A DNA stretch of 39,829 nucleotides from a virus (taxonomy: Duplodnaviria; Caudoviricetes), in IMG/VR virus record IMGVR_UViG_3300031159_000077, positions 1 to 39,829 of that record; one strand, 5' to 3'. Position 1 is the stretch's first letter. Each line of letters opens with the position of its first letter. Below the pieces are notes generated by a model. The model worked only from the letters and a program-made list of their open reading frames with translations. It searched no databases and was not told the origin of the DNA. Shown here piece by piece: positions 8,033 to 17,184 of this stretch. The position numbers were made by a program, and so were the translations under genes.

Positions 8033-10086
8033 ACCTCCGTGATCGCCGGGTAATTGCGCCGCAGGCTGCGCCAGAACTCTTCGAGCCCTTCGCGGGCGCC
8101 CTGCCTGGCCGCCTCTCTTACCGCCGCCGAACCTCCGGCAGCTGCAGTCGCCGAAACGTTGACATTGATCGTCGCGTTGATAGACGGCATCGTGGCTTGC
8201 GCTCTGCCTCGCGTGTATTCCCGGTTTTCCTGCTTCGTCAGCACGCGCTCGCCTTCATGAAGGCGGGCGATGTAGTCGTCTTTCGGCACGTACGGGAGAC
8301 CGCTGGCGTGGGAGCCGTGCACAAATTTGCTGGTGAGGCGATCCCACCAACTCTGTCGGACGGGGACCATGTAGGTGTCCTCCCATCCGGAAAGTGGCTG
8401 GTCCTTCGGCTTTTCCTCCAACCTCCGAATCATGTCGGCCATGCCAGCCTGACGTTCGATGCGTTCGGCCTCTTTTGCGTCGCCAACCGCACGCGCCGTT
8501 CCCGACGCTCCAACCACGAATCCGACGCCAGCTCCGGCCGCCGTTCCCCATGGTCCGAACCGCGAGCCGACGGCTCCGCCTGCCACAGTCGAAAGGGCGA
8601 TTGAAAGGAACGGATGCTCCGCTATTTTCTCGCGGAATCCTTCCCAAAGGCCAGCACCGAGCGCAACGCCAGCTTTCTTTCCGACGTCGGTCACTTTCGG
8701 AAGACTGTCCTCGAGCACACTGATTCCAAATTGGACGAGCTTCGCAGTACCGTCTTCGATCATGTCACGACCGCCGGAGTCATACCAGGCGTCGAATTTG
8801 GATTTGATGTCGCTGAGGACGTAGTCGATCTTCTTGTTGAACGGAAGTGACTGGAACTCTTCATTCTCGAGATACCGGATCCGGATGTAGCTGAAAGCCC
8901 GTTCGCCCTGTCTCATCAGGTAGTCGAAGCCTTCATACGCCACCCGCTCTAACGCACGGCCCCAGCGCTGAATTTTGTCGTCGTTATCCTCAATCCACTG
9001 ATTCAATTGTTGGAATCGTGGTTTCAGGGCCTGCGCAAGGCCGTCTCCCCAGCGCTTCACGACGACAAGGTTGAAAGTCTCCATGATCTGGCTTTTCAGC
9101 CCGTCGAGGGATTCAGCCTGCTTCTTGAGCATGTCAGGGAACCGCTCATTCATGCCCTCGATCAGCATTTCGATGGCCTCACTGGCGGGAATCAGACCCT
9201 TCGAGGACAAGTCCATCACTTCTCTCGTGGACTTGTTCATCTTCGTGGCCAGGATTTCCCACGCCGGAATACCGGCTTCGGTCAACTGTAGCATTTCCTC
9301 GGCGCTGACTTTCGCCTTGGCTTGCATCTGTCCGATTGCCAGCGAAATTCGATCGATGAGGTCCGTTCCTCCGCCCAATCCGGCCGCAGCGTTCCCGATG
9401 GCAGTGAGGTACGGAATGATTTGTTCCTGCCGGAACCCAAACGCCAGCATGCGTTTCGCGGCGTCCTGGACACCGGCCAACTCGAAAGGCGTTTCGATCG
9501 CAAACCGGTTCATCTCATCGATGAACTTGCGGGCCTTCTCGGCGCTGCCGAGCATCGTGGTGAATGCGATCTCAGCCTGCTCGAACTCGCTGGCCACCTG
9601 AAGGGGATTCATGAACCCGTACCGCACGGCTCCATATGATGCCATGCCGCCGAGAACCATGCCTGGGAGGGAGAATGGCGCCCGCAGTATCGCTCCACCG
9701 AGCCGGAATATGCTCGAACTGAGCCGTGCGCCGAGGATGCTAGCTTTTTGGAGTGCCGTGTACGCCGCGGAGCCGAATCGCTGGAACTTCGTCCGTGCTC
9801 GGTCGGCCTGATCCCCGCTTTCTTTCATTTCCCGTTTCAGTCGCTTCACTTGGTCGGTCGGCTTGTCCAGGGCGGTCTTTGCTTCCTTTCCGGTCTTTTT
9901 CAGCTCGTCGCCGAGATGCTCGGCCTCGTCGCTCGCATCGGCCAGCTCCTTTTCAAACCGCTCGACAGCACCGCCAAGCATGGACGCTTTGATTTCGTCC
10001 AGCAATTTGTCGAGCCGGCGTAGCGGCGCATCATCGATCTTCCATCCGACTTCCGCGTACAGGCTTCTCAGGGCTTCACCGGCCAC
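8029..10086 (-). CDS. Tape measure protein
   Basis: AFTTMLGSAEKA...TPFE...EEMLQLTEAGIP domain; hydrophobic Gly/Ala stretches; LHEGERVL C-terminal motif. Confidence 0.92.
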   Translation of the reverse strand: MAGEALRSLYAEVGWKIDDAPLRRLDKLLDEIKASMLGGAVERFEKELADASDEAEHLGDELKKTGKEAKTALDKPTDQVKRLKREMKESGDQADRARTKFQRFGSAAYTALQKASILGARLSSSIFRLGGAILRAPFSLPGMVLGGMASYGAVRYGFMNPLQVASEFEQAEIAFTTMLGSAEKARKFIDEMNRFAIETPFELAGVQDAAKRMLAFGFRQEQIIPYLTAIGNAAAGLGGGTDLIDRISLAIGQMQAKAKVSAEEMLQLTEAGIPAWEILATKMNKSTREVMDLSSKGLIPASEAIEMLIEGMNERFPDMLKKQAESLDGLKSQIMETFNLVVVKRWGDGLAQALKPRFQQLNQWIEDNDDKIQRWGRALERVAYEGFDYLMRQGERAFSYIRIRYLENEEFQSLPFNKKIDYVLSDIKSKFDAWYDSGGRDMIEDGTAKLVQFGISVLEDSLPKVTDVGKKAGVALGAGLWEGFREKIAEHPFLSIALSTVAGGAVGSRFGPWGTAAGAGVGFVVGASGTARAVGDAKEAERIERQAGMADMIRRLEEKPKDQPLSGWEDTYMVPVRQSWWDRLTSKFVHGSHASGLPYVPKDDYIARLHEGERVLTKQENREYTRGRAQATMPSINATINVNVSATAAAGGSAAVREAARQGAREGLEEFWRSLRRNYPAITEV

Positions 10087-10226
10087 GGTATTCCCCCTCC
10101 TTTCGGAAACATATCCAGCGCTGCGTTCGCTTCCAGAATCTCATCCCAATCCATCATGTCGACCTCGGACGGCGGGAGGCCGCCCTCGAAAACGAGCCGC
10201 CAGAACAGATACCGCTGTTCGGCCAT
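10068..10226 (-). CDS. Tail assembly chaperone C-terminal (gpT-like) frame, not in the ORF track
   Basis: Own translation MAEQRYLFWRLVFEGGLPPSEVDMMDWDEILEANAALDMF...; frame stays open back into the chaperone gene. Confidence 0.7.
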   Translation of the reverse strand: MAEQRYLFWRLVFEGGLPPSEVDMMDWDEILEANAALDMFPKGGGIPWPVKP

Positions 10227-10245
10227 TTTTGCGTAGAAATTGGGA

Positions 10246-10524
10246 TCAGGACGTTCCGGGGGCGTGCAGAAATCGGATCGCTTCCGCGAACACCTCTTCC
10301 ATGATGTCCAGGTGATCGTCCCAGAAATCCCAGTTGGTGCGCGGGTTCGCGATCACGTGTTCCATGATCTGTGCATAGTACGGCTCGGACATCAGCTGGC
10401 CGTACCTGTTTTTGCTGGCGTCCGTCATTTGAATGGCCTTCCGCACACCCGGGAACTGGAACGTGAATTCGATGCCGCCAATGGTGACGGTCTTCTGGCG
10501 TGGCTTCTTGATCACGTCGCTCAC
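10246..10524 (-). CDS. Tail assembly chaperone (gpG-like)
   Basis: 92 aa between tube and tape measure; AAGGAGG RBS. Confidence 0.75.
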   Translation of the reverse strand: MSDVIKKPRQKTVTIGGIEFTFQFPGVRKAIQMTDASKNRYGQLMSEPYYAQIMEHVIANPRTNWDFWDDHLDIMEEVFAEAIRFLHAPGTS

Positions 10525-10549
10525 GAATCATTCCTCCTTATGGAAATGG

Positions 10550-10574
10550 AAAAAGAGGGGCCGGATCCGGCCCG
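10550..10574 (-). terminator. Terminator after the tail tube gene
   Basis: GGGCCGGATCCGGCCC palindrome followed by T tract on minus strand. Confidence 0.55.
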
Positions 10575-10575
10575 T

Positions 10576-10971
10576 TCATTCTTGCGTGTAATCGAAGACC
10601 TGCAGCTGGTACGCCCGAGCTTCGACGGAATTGGAGTACGACCGGCTTGCAGGCCGCAACACCCGGGCCTGTGTCCCGCCGGTCTTTTCCCGCGGTTCGT
10701 TCTGATTGATCACCCACACCGAAACCATCTGCTTCGATGCCGCGAGCCGGTCCAGATAGGGTACGGAAGGAGAGGTCTGCTGAAGCGTCAGGGTGATCGC
10801 GCCGAGGGGATTGTTGACTTCAGCGACCGCCACATCACCCTGGGCGCCAACGGACGTTTGGAACGTATCTTCCGCCTTCTCGCATTCCACGAATGAGCCT
10901 TCAGCGAATCCGGTGATGTACACGCCACCGACGGTCACCGTCACATTTTTCGCGTCATAGGATCTGGTCAC
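10576..10971 (-). CDS. Tail tube protein (DUF3277-like)
   Basis: YDAKNVTVTVGG..ITGF...ITLTLQQTSPS; GTG start after GGAGG. Confidence 0.85.
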   Translation of the reverse strand: MTRSYDAKNVTVTVGGVYITGFAEGSFVECEKAEDTFQTSVGAQGDVAVAEVNNPLGAITLTLQQTSPSVPYLDRLAASKQMVSVWVINQNEPREKTGGTQARVLRPASRSYSNSVEARAYQLQVFDYTQE

Positions 10972-10985
10972 GTTGCTTCCCTCCT

Positions 10986-12008
10986 TCACACCGTGATCGT
11001 GCCGCGGATGGTCGCCTCATGCACAGCGCCGGCCAGTTCGAACGAGAACGTGGCGCCGGTGTACTTCCGCTGCGCACGGTCGGCCGGGTTCGTTTCCTCC
11101 CGCGTCGGGAAGTTGGTGCTGTACAGCGGCAGGCCGTCGGCGTCCGCGGCGATGATGCCCTGATTGAATGCTTGCCGCAGCACGTTGATTGTGGTGGCTT
11201 CGAGCTGCGCGATTCCGGCGTTCGTGAACGGAATCTTCGGCGACTGGTTCAGCAGTTTCTGCAGGCTGTGCTCGATGTTCACCTGCACCCAATCCTTGGC
11301 CATGATGACGTCGATGTACTCGCCGCTCACGACTTTGCCTTCGCTCGTCACATCGTCCCCAGCCTTCGTCACGTAGGCGTTTCCTCCGGCGGAGTGGATG
11401 TTGTTCAGTTCGGTCGCGGTCAGGTTGTCCGGCGAGATGCCGATGAGCCTATTGAACTTCCAAGTGACCGAGCCCACCGACTGCGCACCAGCGGCGCCAA
11501 CCCAAGCAGCCTCGGGATACTTTGCGACTTCCGCCGGGTCGCTGTGATAAAGCACGAACGTGCGGTCGTACTTCTTGGCGAATATGGCCGCCAGATCGGC
11601 CAGGTCGTTCGTACGTGCCGCGAACAGCTTGCCGCCGCGCTGCTCGATGACGTCTGCGACCGCGATGATTTCAGACACATCAGCGCTGGTGATGATGGCA
11701 AAGTACCAGTCGCGCTCGTAGACGGCGCCGAGAACATCCGTGAAGGTCCCGGCCACGTCAGAATCGTATGCGGCGATGGCAACCTTCGCCGGCCGATTGT
11801 CGCCTTGCGCGAAGATTGCGGCGGCCGCCTTGTATGCCTCGGTCCCCTCAGCATAGTCCGCCTTTACGGCGTCCAGATCGAGGTACTCCTTGAACGGCGA
11901 GCCACCTGATTTCCCGGTCAGGATCAGCGGATTGCCGAACCCAATTAGGCCGGGCGGCTTGACCAGGTCGATGGTGACCGTCACATCTTTCAGAGGCACT
12001 TCGATCAA
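10986..12008 (-). CDS. Tail sheath protein (DUF3383-like, compact)
   Basis: TWKFNRLIGI; GEYIDVIMAKDW; KIPFTNAGIAQL; LAGAVH. Confidence 0.88.
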   Translation of the reverse strand: MIEVPLKDVTVTIDLVKPPGLIGFGNPLILTGKSGGSPFKEYLDLDAVKADYAEGTEAYKAAAAIFAQGDNRPAKVAIAAYDSDVAGTFTDVLGAVYERDWYFAIITSADVSEIIAVADVIEQRGGKLFAARTNDLADLAAIFAKKYDRTFVLYHSDPAEVAKYPEAAWVGAAGAQSVGSVTWKFNRLIGISPDNLTATELNNIHSAGGNAYVTKAGDDVTSEGKVVSGEYIDVIMAKDWVQVNIEHSLQKLLNQSPKIPFTNAGIAQLEATTINVLRQAFNQGIIAADADGLPLYSTNFPTREETNPADRAQRKYTGATFSFELAGAVHEATIRGTITV

Positions 12009-12490
12009 CTCCTTTCAATTTCAGCAGATTCGATATACACGTCGTCCATTTCGGACCGGGCCACAACCCGGAACCGCACGTCGCAGCCGACTCGGCGCTC
12101 ATATTCGACCGTAAGGAACACGTCACGGTTCTGGGCGTTGGTGATTTCGACGACCGTGATCCCGGCACCGCGCAGCGTATCCCGCCCCGTGAAATCGAAA
12201 AATTCGATGAGGCGATAGCAACGCTGGTAGGCATCGTCCGCGTCCCGGGCATGCACCGTGAACGAAAACACGACCTCGACCTGCTTCTCCTGCGTCCGCC
12301 GGATGCCGGTTCCCACGTCCAAAACACCCTCGACGCCGTGCACGGGCGCGAGGTACGGAGACGTCATCTTGTACGTGACGAAGGGGTACGACGGCATTTT
12401 CCCCGTCTGGTCTCCCATGATGACCGGTATTCCGAGCGCCGCGGACAGCGGGCGGACGATGGCTGATCTGAGGCTGGCATAATCAATCAA
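12005..12490 (-). CDS. Neck / tail terminator protein
   Basis: PSYPFVTYK motif; position before sheath. Confidence 0.7.
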   Translation of the reverse strand: MIDYASLRSAIVRPLSAALGIPVIMGDQTGKMPSYPFVTYKMTSPYLAPVHGVEGVLDVGTGIRRTQEKQVEVVFSFTVHARDADDAYQRCYRLIEFFDFTGRDTLRGAGITVVEITNAQNRDVFLTVEYERRVGCDVRFRVVARSEMDDVYIESAEIERS

Positions 12491-12830
12491 CCGCGCTCAC
12501 CCGCTTTGCAAGGTACTGGTGAAAGTCCGCATATTCGGAGAAGTCCGTTTCTTCCTCGATCCGGTACTTCTGCCCCTTGTACACGATGAGTGATTGCGTC
12601 GGGATCGCTTCGAGCGAAATGATCAACCGGTCGGATGCCGTGTATCGCCCACCGGACTCGTACAGCGTGCGCTCCGGCACCGGCAGGATGGCCGCTTTCG
12701 TGTCACGGGTGACTTCCTCCGGTTCCCGCCAGATGCCGTCTTCGTCGTAGTAACCGGGCTGACGGGCGATGTGCTGGCACGGGACACTGTACTTCTCGAT
12801 GAGCCGTTTGAAGTTGTACAACTTTGCCAT
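12483..12830 (-). CDS. Head closure / head-tail joining protein
   Basis: GYYDEDGIW...YKGQKYRI; position. Confidence 0.65.
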   Translation of the reverse strand: MAKLYNFKRLIEKYSVPCQHIARQPGYYDEDGIWREPEEVTRDTKAAILPVPERTLYESGGRYTASDRLIISLEAIPTQSLIVYKGQKYRIEEETDFSEYADFHQYLAKRVSAVD

Positions 12831-12831
12831 C

Positions 12832-13329
12832 TCACGTCACCTCGTACACGATCGCCTCAAGCAGGTGCCCGGTATGGACCAGCGGATTGCTTCGCCCGGT
12901 CATTTCCACGGTCATCCGGGAAAGCGGCGGTTCGCTCAAGTTCCGCAGGTACTCCTGCATCATGCCTTGCAGCTGAAGGCCGAGCGCTTCCAGCACCGTG
13001 TCCGCCGGCGTGCCCTTCCGGAATGCCTCGATCAACCATTTTTTCGCTTCTTCCAGAAACGCTTTTTCGTTTTCGTCGAAACCGGCGCGGATGAACGACC
13101 GCTCCGGGATGACGATGTGCGTCGTGTCTTTTCGCAGAGGATACCCTTGCGCAGCGAACCACTTCCGCATCTTCGGCGTCACCGGGATCCGGGCGCCGAA
13201 TTCATGCACCCGGCCGATCATGGCCATGTCGCCGCCCATGATGCCGACGCGGATCTTCCGCTTGCCCAGGTTGTCCAGCTCCTTCAGGAGCCGGGGAATG
13301 CGGTTTTCATCGCGAACCTTCACGGGCAT
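12832..13329 (-). CDS. Neck / tail completion protein
   Basis: HEFGA...IPERSFIR...NPLVHTGHL. Confidence 0.72.
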   Translation of the reverse strand: MPVKVRDENRIPRLLKELDNLGKRKIRVGIMGGDMAMIGRVHEFGARIPVTPKMRKWFAAQGYPLRKDTTHIVIPERSFIRAGFDENEKAFLEEAKKWLIEAFRKGTPADTVLEALGLQLQGMMQEYLRNLSEPPLSRMTVEMTGRSNPLVHTGHLLEAIVYEVT

Positions 13330-13754
13330 GGCAGCACATCCCGCTTGCTGGACCCGGCCGGCACGAACCGGATCCGGGTGTACGGTTTCAGGAGCGCGAA
13401 CCATGGCGCCGTGCTGCCGCCGGATGCGCCGCTGATTCCCCCGCCGGTCGTCCAGATTTCCGCCGGGTTCCGGAACGTCTGCCGCAGCTGGCCAACCTGC
13501 TCGGATTCGACCACCCCGGCGGCCGCGCCCTCCGTGCCAATACCCGCAGCCAACGCCGCCTGGATCATCATGCTGATCGCCAGCTTCACGCCGGAAGGCA
13601 GCACGATGTCTCCCTTCTCATCCCGCGAGAAAGGGTTCTGCGTCCGCTCGATCGCGAAGTTGATGGCGGCCGGCAGGAGGATCTTCAGCAGGTCGTCCTT
13701 CGACGTGTCGTCGGACGGGATCCCGAGCAGGATTTTCAGCTCATCCAGCGTCAT
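13320..13754 (-). CDS. Head-tail connector (gp6/gp15-like)
   Basis: MTLDELKILLGI...DDLL...LLKPY. Confidence 0.78.
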   Translation of the reverse strand: MTLDELKILLGIPSDDTSKDDLLKILLPAAINFAIERTQNPFSRDEKGDIVLPSGVKLAISMMIQAALAAGIGTEGAAAGVVESEQVGQLRQTFRNPAEIWTTGGGISGASGGSTAPWFALLKPYTRIRFVPAGSSKRDVLPCP

Positions 13755-13938
13755 TCTGCTTTCCCCTCGGCTTCTTCGGCGGAGGCGCCGTTTCCGGGAA
13801 GGTTTCCTGCACCGGTTTCGCGATCCCATGTTTCGCCCATCGCTCGGCGACAGCCTCGGTCACTTCGACGACGTCCCCGGGCTTCAGCGGCTTCCCGTAG
13901 AAGGTCTGCACCAGCATTTCCACGCGCACCACGACCAT
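13741..13938 (-). CDS. Small head-associated protein
   Basis: KPGDVVEV.EAVAERW..HGIA motif common after capsid genes. Confidence 0.6.
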   Translation of the reverse strand: MVVVRVEMLVQTFYGKPLKPGDVVEVTEAVAERWAKHGIAKPVQETFPETAPPPKKPRGKQNDAG

Positions 13939-13951
13939 CACCCTTTCATCG

Positions 13952-13988
13952 AAAAAATACCCTGCGGAAGGCGGGCTTCCGCAGGGTT
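13952..13988 (-). terminator. Terminator after the major capsid gene
   Basis: CCCTGCGGAAG/CTTCCGCAGGG 11-bp stem plus T tract. Confidence 0.85.
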
Positions 13989-13994
13989 GATTCA

Positions 13995-14954
13995 TTACGG
14001 AGATGCCGCCGGTTTCAGGACGGAGAACATGAACCGGGTGTTTTCGTCCCGATCCAGCTGATTGATCGGATTCGGAATCTGCCATGCCAAGCGCATCACG
14101 CAGCGCAGCGCAACCATGTCTTGTTGAGCGAGGTTATACACGATCTCGCCCGTCGTCGGGTCCTGGATCACTGCTTCGGTCAGAATTTTGTAAGTGATAT
14201 CCTGCCGGATCGCGTACACCAGCTGGCTCCAGTCGCCGGAAATCATCAGCGATTTCGTCGGATCCACCGCGCCATTCAGCGGGAAGATCATCCGTTCACC
14301 GTCAAGCTGGTACCGGGTGCCTTCCTGCATGGTCGCCTTGAAGATCGGTTGACCGTCAGCATCCCGAAGACCACGGAGTTTGGCCCGCATGCTCATGGCC
14401 GCCACATGACCGTTGACCATGAAACCGGATTGCTCGACCAGGTCGATGACGCCGCCCTCGGCCATGATGTCGTCGTACAGGTCGGCGCCCGTGCCGAGCG
14501 TGACGACTTTGCCTTTCTGTTCGGCCTGCGTCACGATGCCGTCCGGCCAGGTCGACGGCTTATTCGTGCCGTACAATACGGCAGCGTCGAACACTTCGCC
14601 GAATGCAGCTTCAATGCGCGGCCGGATTTGACCCCAGATGTCATAGTCAGCGTCGTCCAACACGGCCTCCGGGATCGGCACGATGACCGCGATTTCTTCA
14701 GCTTCCAAGAACTTGTTTTTCCAGTCGACTTTCGTGGTTTGCTTGCGACCGGTGTCGCCATTCACAAAATAGGCCATCGGCAAGCTGTTCAGCACCGGCA
14801 TGCGGCGCTGTTTCGCCGTCATGTTCGGCAGGCGCGTGGCCAGCTGCATGACAGCCGAATACTGCGGCACGCCCTGGATGATTTCCCGAGCCACTTCCTC
14901 GGGAATCAAGGCTTCCGCGTCGGTGCGTTGGATCGCGTTTACTGCCACTTTCAA
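13995..14954 (-). CDS. Major capsid protein (HK97 fold)
   Basis: LIPEEVAREII; LRGLRDADGQPIF; GDWSQ; NLAQQDMVALR. Confidence 0.93.
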   Translation of the reverse strand: MKVAVNAIQRTDAEALIPEEVAREIIQGVPQYSAVMQLATRLPNMTAKQRRMPVLNSLPMAYFVNGDTGRKQTTKVDWKNKFLEAEEIAVIVPIPEAVLDDADYDIWGQIRPRIEAAFGEVFDAAVLYGTNKPSTWPDGIVTQAEQKGKVVTLGTGADLYDDIMAEGGVIDLVEQSGFMVNGHVAAMSMRAKLRGLRDADGQPIFKATMQEGTRYQLDGERMIFPLNGAVDPTKSLMISGDWSQLVYAIRQDITYKILTEAVIQDPTTGEIVYNLAQQDMVALRCVMRLAWQIPNPINQLDRDENTRFMFSVLKPAASP

Positions 14955-14972
14955 TCACTCTCCCAAATAAAT

Positions 14973-15620
14973 CTAGCGCCCTAAGGCGCCTCTGATCAGG
15001 TCATTCATTGAAAAACCGGCCTTACCTCCGGCACCGTTGCTGGGCGGTGTGCGTCCGCCCGCTGCCATGCGCTTCGTGACTTCCTCGGAAACTGCGGCAT
15101 CCCACAGCTTCTTGAAGTCTTCGATGCGTTTTTTCGTGTCATCGACGTCTTCGCCGAGGACGAACGGCTTGAACTGGATCGGCAATTGTGCAGCCGCCAG
15201 CAGGTTCGTCGCTTCAAGTTCGACCGTCTGCCGCTTCAGCGCCGCTTCCTTCTCGAACAATTCGCGACGCTGTTTCTCCAGTTCATATTTGATCCGTTCT
15301 TCCTCGGTCATCTTTTCTTTGAGCAGGGCTTCTTTCTCCTGCTCAAGCTGCTTCAGTTGCTTCACGTACTGCGTCCTGACCCGGTCCTCGGCTGACTGGA
15401 TCTGCTTCTGCAGCCAGGCTTCCATTTCGGGAGTCGGTTTAAAATCGCCTCCCTGGCCGCCTGGATTGCCTTCTGAGCCGCCTTGTCCGGTTCCGGCTCC
15501 AGTACCACTACCTTGGCCTCCTTGTTGGCCCTGTGCGCCTCCTGCGGCGCTACCAGTTCCCCCACCTTGGCCACCTTCTGCCGAATAAAACGGCATGCGT
15601 TTCAGCAGATATTCAAACAT
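14973..15620 (-). CDS. Capsid scaffolding protein (DUF4355-like)
   Basis: Gly-rich N-terminus, KMTEEER coiled coil, directly upstream of capsid. Confidence 0.85.
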   Translation of the reverse strand: MFEYLLKRMPFYSAEGGQGGGTGSAAGGAQGQQGGQGSGTGAGTGQGGSEGNPGGQGGDFKPTPEMEAWLQKQIQSAEDRVRTQYVKQLKQLEQEKEALLKEKMTEEERIKYELEKQRRELFEKEAALKRQTVELEATNLLAAAQLPIQFKPFVLGEDVDDTKKRIEDFKKLWDAAVSEEVTKRMAAGGRTPPSNGAGGKAGFSMNDLIRGALGR

Positions 15621-15705
15621 GATTCATTCCTCCATTGTCGAGTTCGGCCATGCCGACGCCCTGCGCAGAGTTCGCCGACACCCGCCCTCAGTTTTTTTTG
15701 AAAAT

Positions 15706-15734
15706 GAAAAAGCCGCTCGTTTGAGCGACTTTTT
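15706..15734. terminator. Bidirectional terminator closing the MuF cassette
   Basis: AAAAAGCCGCTC-GTTT-GAGCGACTTTTT. Confidence 0.75.
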
Positions 15735-15750
15735 GAAAACAGGGGTATTT

Positions 15751-15909
15751 TCATTTTTTCAAGATTTCAAATTCGTCTGGCGGGTACAGATAATCCTCGC
15801 CACTTTCGTCCACGATGCGATACCAACCTTTTTCCACACTCAAAACACGGTATATTTTCCCGTGTATGAGCGTCATCGGGCTACCTTTTCCGATGTACCG
15901 GACGATCAC
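15751..15909 (-). CDS. Uncalled 52-aa protein, candidate immunity protein for the MuF C-terminal domain
   Basis: Own translation MIVRYIGKGSPMTLIHGKIYRVLSVEKGWYRIVDESGEDYLYPPDEFEILKK; GGGGTG RBS; followed by terminator. Confidence 0.8.
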   Translation of the reverse strand: MIVRYIGKGSPMTLIHGKIYRVLSVEKGWYRIVDESGEDYLYPPDEFEILKK

Positions 15910-15924
15910 GAAACACACCCCGGC

Positions 15925-17184
15925 TCAATCGAGCCAACGCTTAACTTTGTACTCTATTTTACCAATGTTTTTCGCCTCGTACCAGTGGATTTCAGCCGGC
16001 CGTTCTTCTCCGTCAAATATGACGGTGGCAGTCCCCCTCATCTTCTTCCAATCTTTCGGAGTGGTCAGCGCCCCATTTTCAAGCGGATAGTTTTTTATCA
16101 GGCGCTGAACTTCACGAATCTTTTTCCCCTCAGCGATTGGAAGAACACCCGTGATGTAGCTCCCCTCCTTGAGAACAGCGCGCGATTCGCCGAATACTCG
16201 AACTGACTTCGGAACCTTCACGTAAATTCGTTTGGCTACAGGACCCAGACTTCGCGGAACGGCTTCATGATTGCTCATTCGCATATTCCGCCATTCCTCG
16301 AACGAAAGATCCGCCAGTTCTTTGTGTGTTTTCCGATGCACCTCCGCGATCCGGTACGTCGCAAAGCACCGGCAGTTGATGTCATGCGCGGCAACACCGG
16401 TGTTTCCCGGCGCCTTCCCGCGGCCGCCGGATGGCAACAGCTCGAAATCCTCGTCTACCGGGACTTCCTGCCCGTCCATGAGCCGATGGTTGGCTGCCGC
16501 CGTGCGCCGCACCTTCTCGTCGTGCATCGAGTTCCACTTTTTCATCATCACGACGCCCTGCGCCGTCGCGTGCTGCGCGCTGGCCAGCGTCGCCGCCTCC
16601 TGGATTCGGTGAGCCTCGGTCCGGACGATCCGGACGGTGTCCGCATGGCTGGTATTCAGCACATCCCGGACGTTCGCGGTCATTTTCCGAAGCGTGCTGC
16701 CCTCGACCAGGTCGGCCGTGATGCGGCGGAACAACTCGTCGATGGTCTGCTTTCGCAGCCTGGACAGTCGTCCTTTCAACGTCCGGCCGCCGATCGGCTC
16801 CTCGATGATGCGGTCGATGTGTTCGAGCGGCACCGCAGCATATGCAAGACGCGCCCGGCTCTCCCGCTCAATCGCCCAGGCCATCCACTCATACGAATGC
16901 GAATACGCCTGCCGAAGCAGCCGCCGCAGCGCCCGCTGGTTCTTCGCACTCATCTTGTCCACCTGGGCCATGATCTGCTTTTCCAGGCGACGCAGGCGGT
17001 TGTACTTGGCCATTTCCTCGTAGGTGAGCTTCCCATCGGTTTCCAGCTTGGCGTACAGCAGACCGATCTCGGCGATGATGCTGTGAAGCGCGATTTCGAA
17101 GTTCCGGCGGATCTGCGCCTCGACGGCCGCTGTCTGCTTCTCGTTGGCTTTGCGCAGCTCGTCCTCGTACTTGTCCAGGCTCAT
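15925..17184 (-). CDS. MuF/SPP1 gp7-like minor capsid protein with C-terminal extension
   Basis: RIVRTEAHR; KKW...DEKVR...H..MDGQ; DINCRC; SFEEW then about 115 extra aa. Confidence 0.88.
   Translation of the reverse strand: MSLDKYEDELRKANEKQTAAVEAQIRRNFEIALHSIIAEIGLLYAKLETDGKLTYEEMAKYNRLRRLEKQIMAQVDKMSAKNQRALRRLLRQAYSHSYEWMAWAIERESRARLAYAAVPLEHIDRIIEEPIGGRTLKGRLSRLRKQTIDELFRRITADLVEGSTLRKMTANVRDVLNTSHADTVRIVRTEAHRIQEAATLASAQHATAQGVVMMKKWNSMHDEKVRRTAAANHRLMDGQEVPVDEDFELLPSGGRGKAPGNTGVAAHDINCRCFATYRIAEVHRKTHKELADLSFEEWRNMRMSNHEAVPRSLGPVAKRIYVKVPKSVRVFGESRAVLKEGSYITGVLPIAEGKKIREVQRLIKNYPLENGALTTPKDWKKMRGTATVIFDGEERPAEIHWYEAKNIGKIEYKVKRWLD

Noticed and set aside
12769-14061. Long plus-strand ORFs opposite structural and replication genes (also 27481..28620, 30756..32066, 16267..17352)
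   Set aside because: Shadow frames expected from GC-rich codon bias; no motifs; fully overlap well-supported minus-strand genes
15595-16206. 203-aa plus-strand ORF as the MuF immunity gene
   Set aside because: Antisense to the MuF tail, crosses a terminator, no RBS; the 52-aa minus-strand ORF fits better
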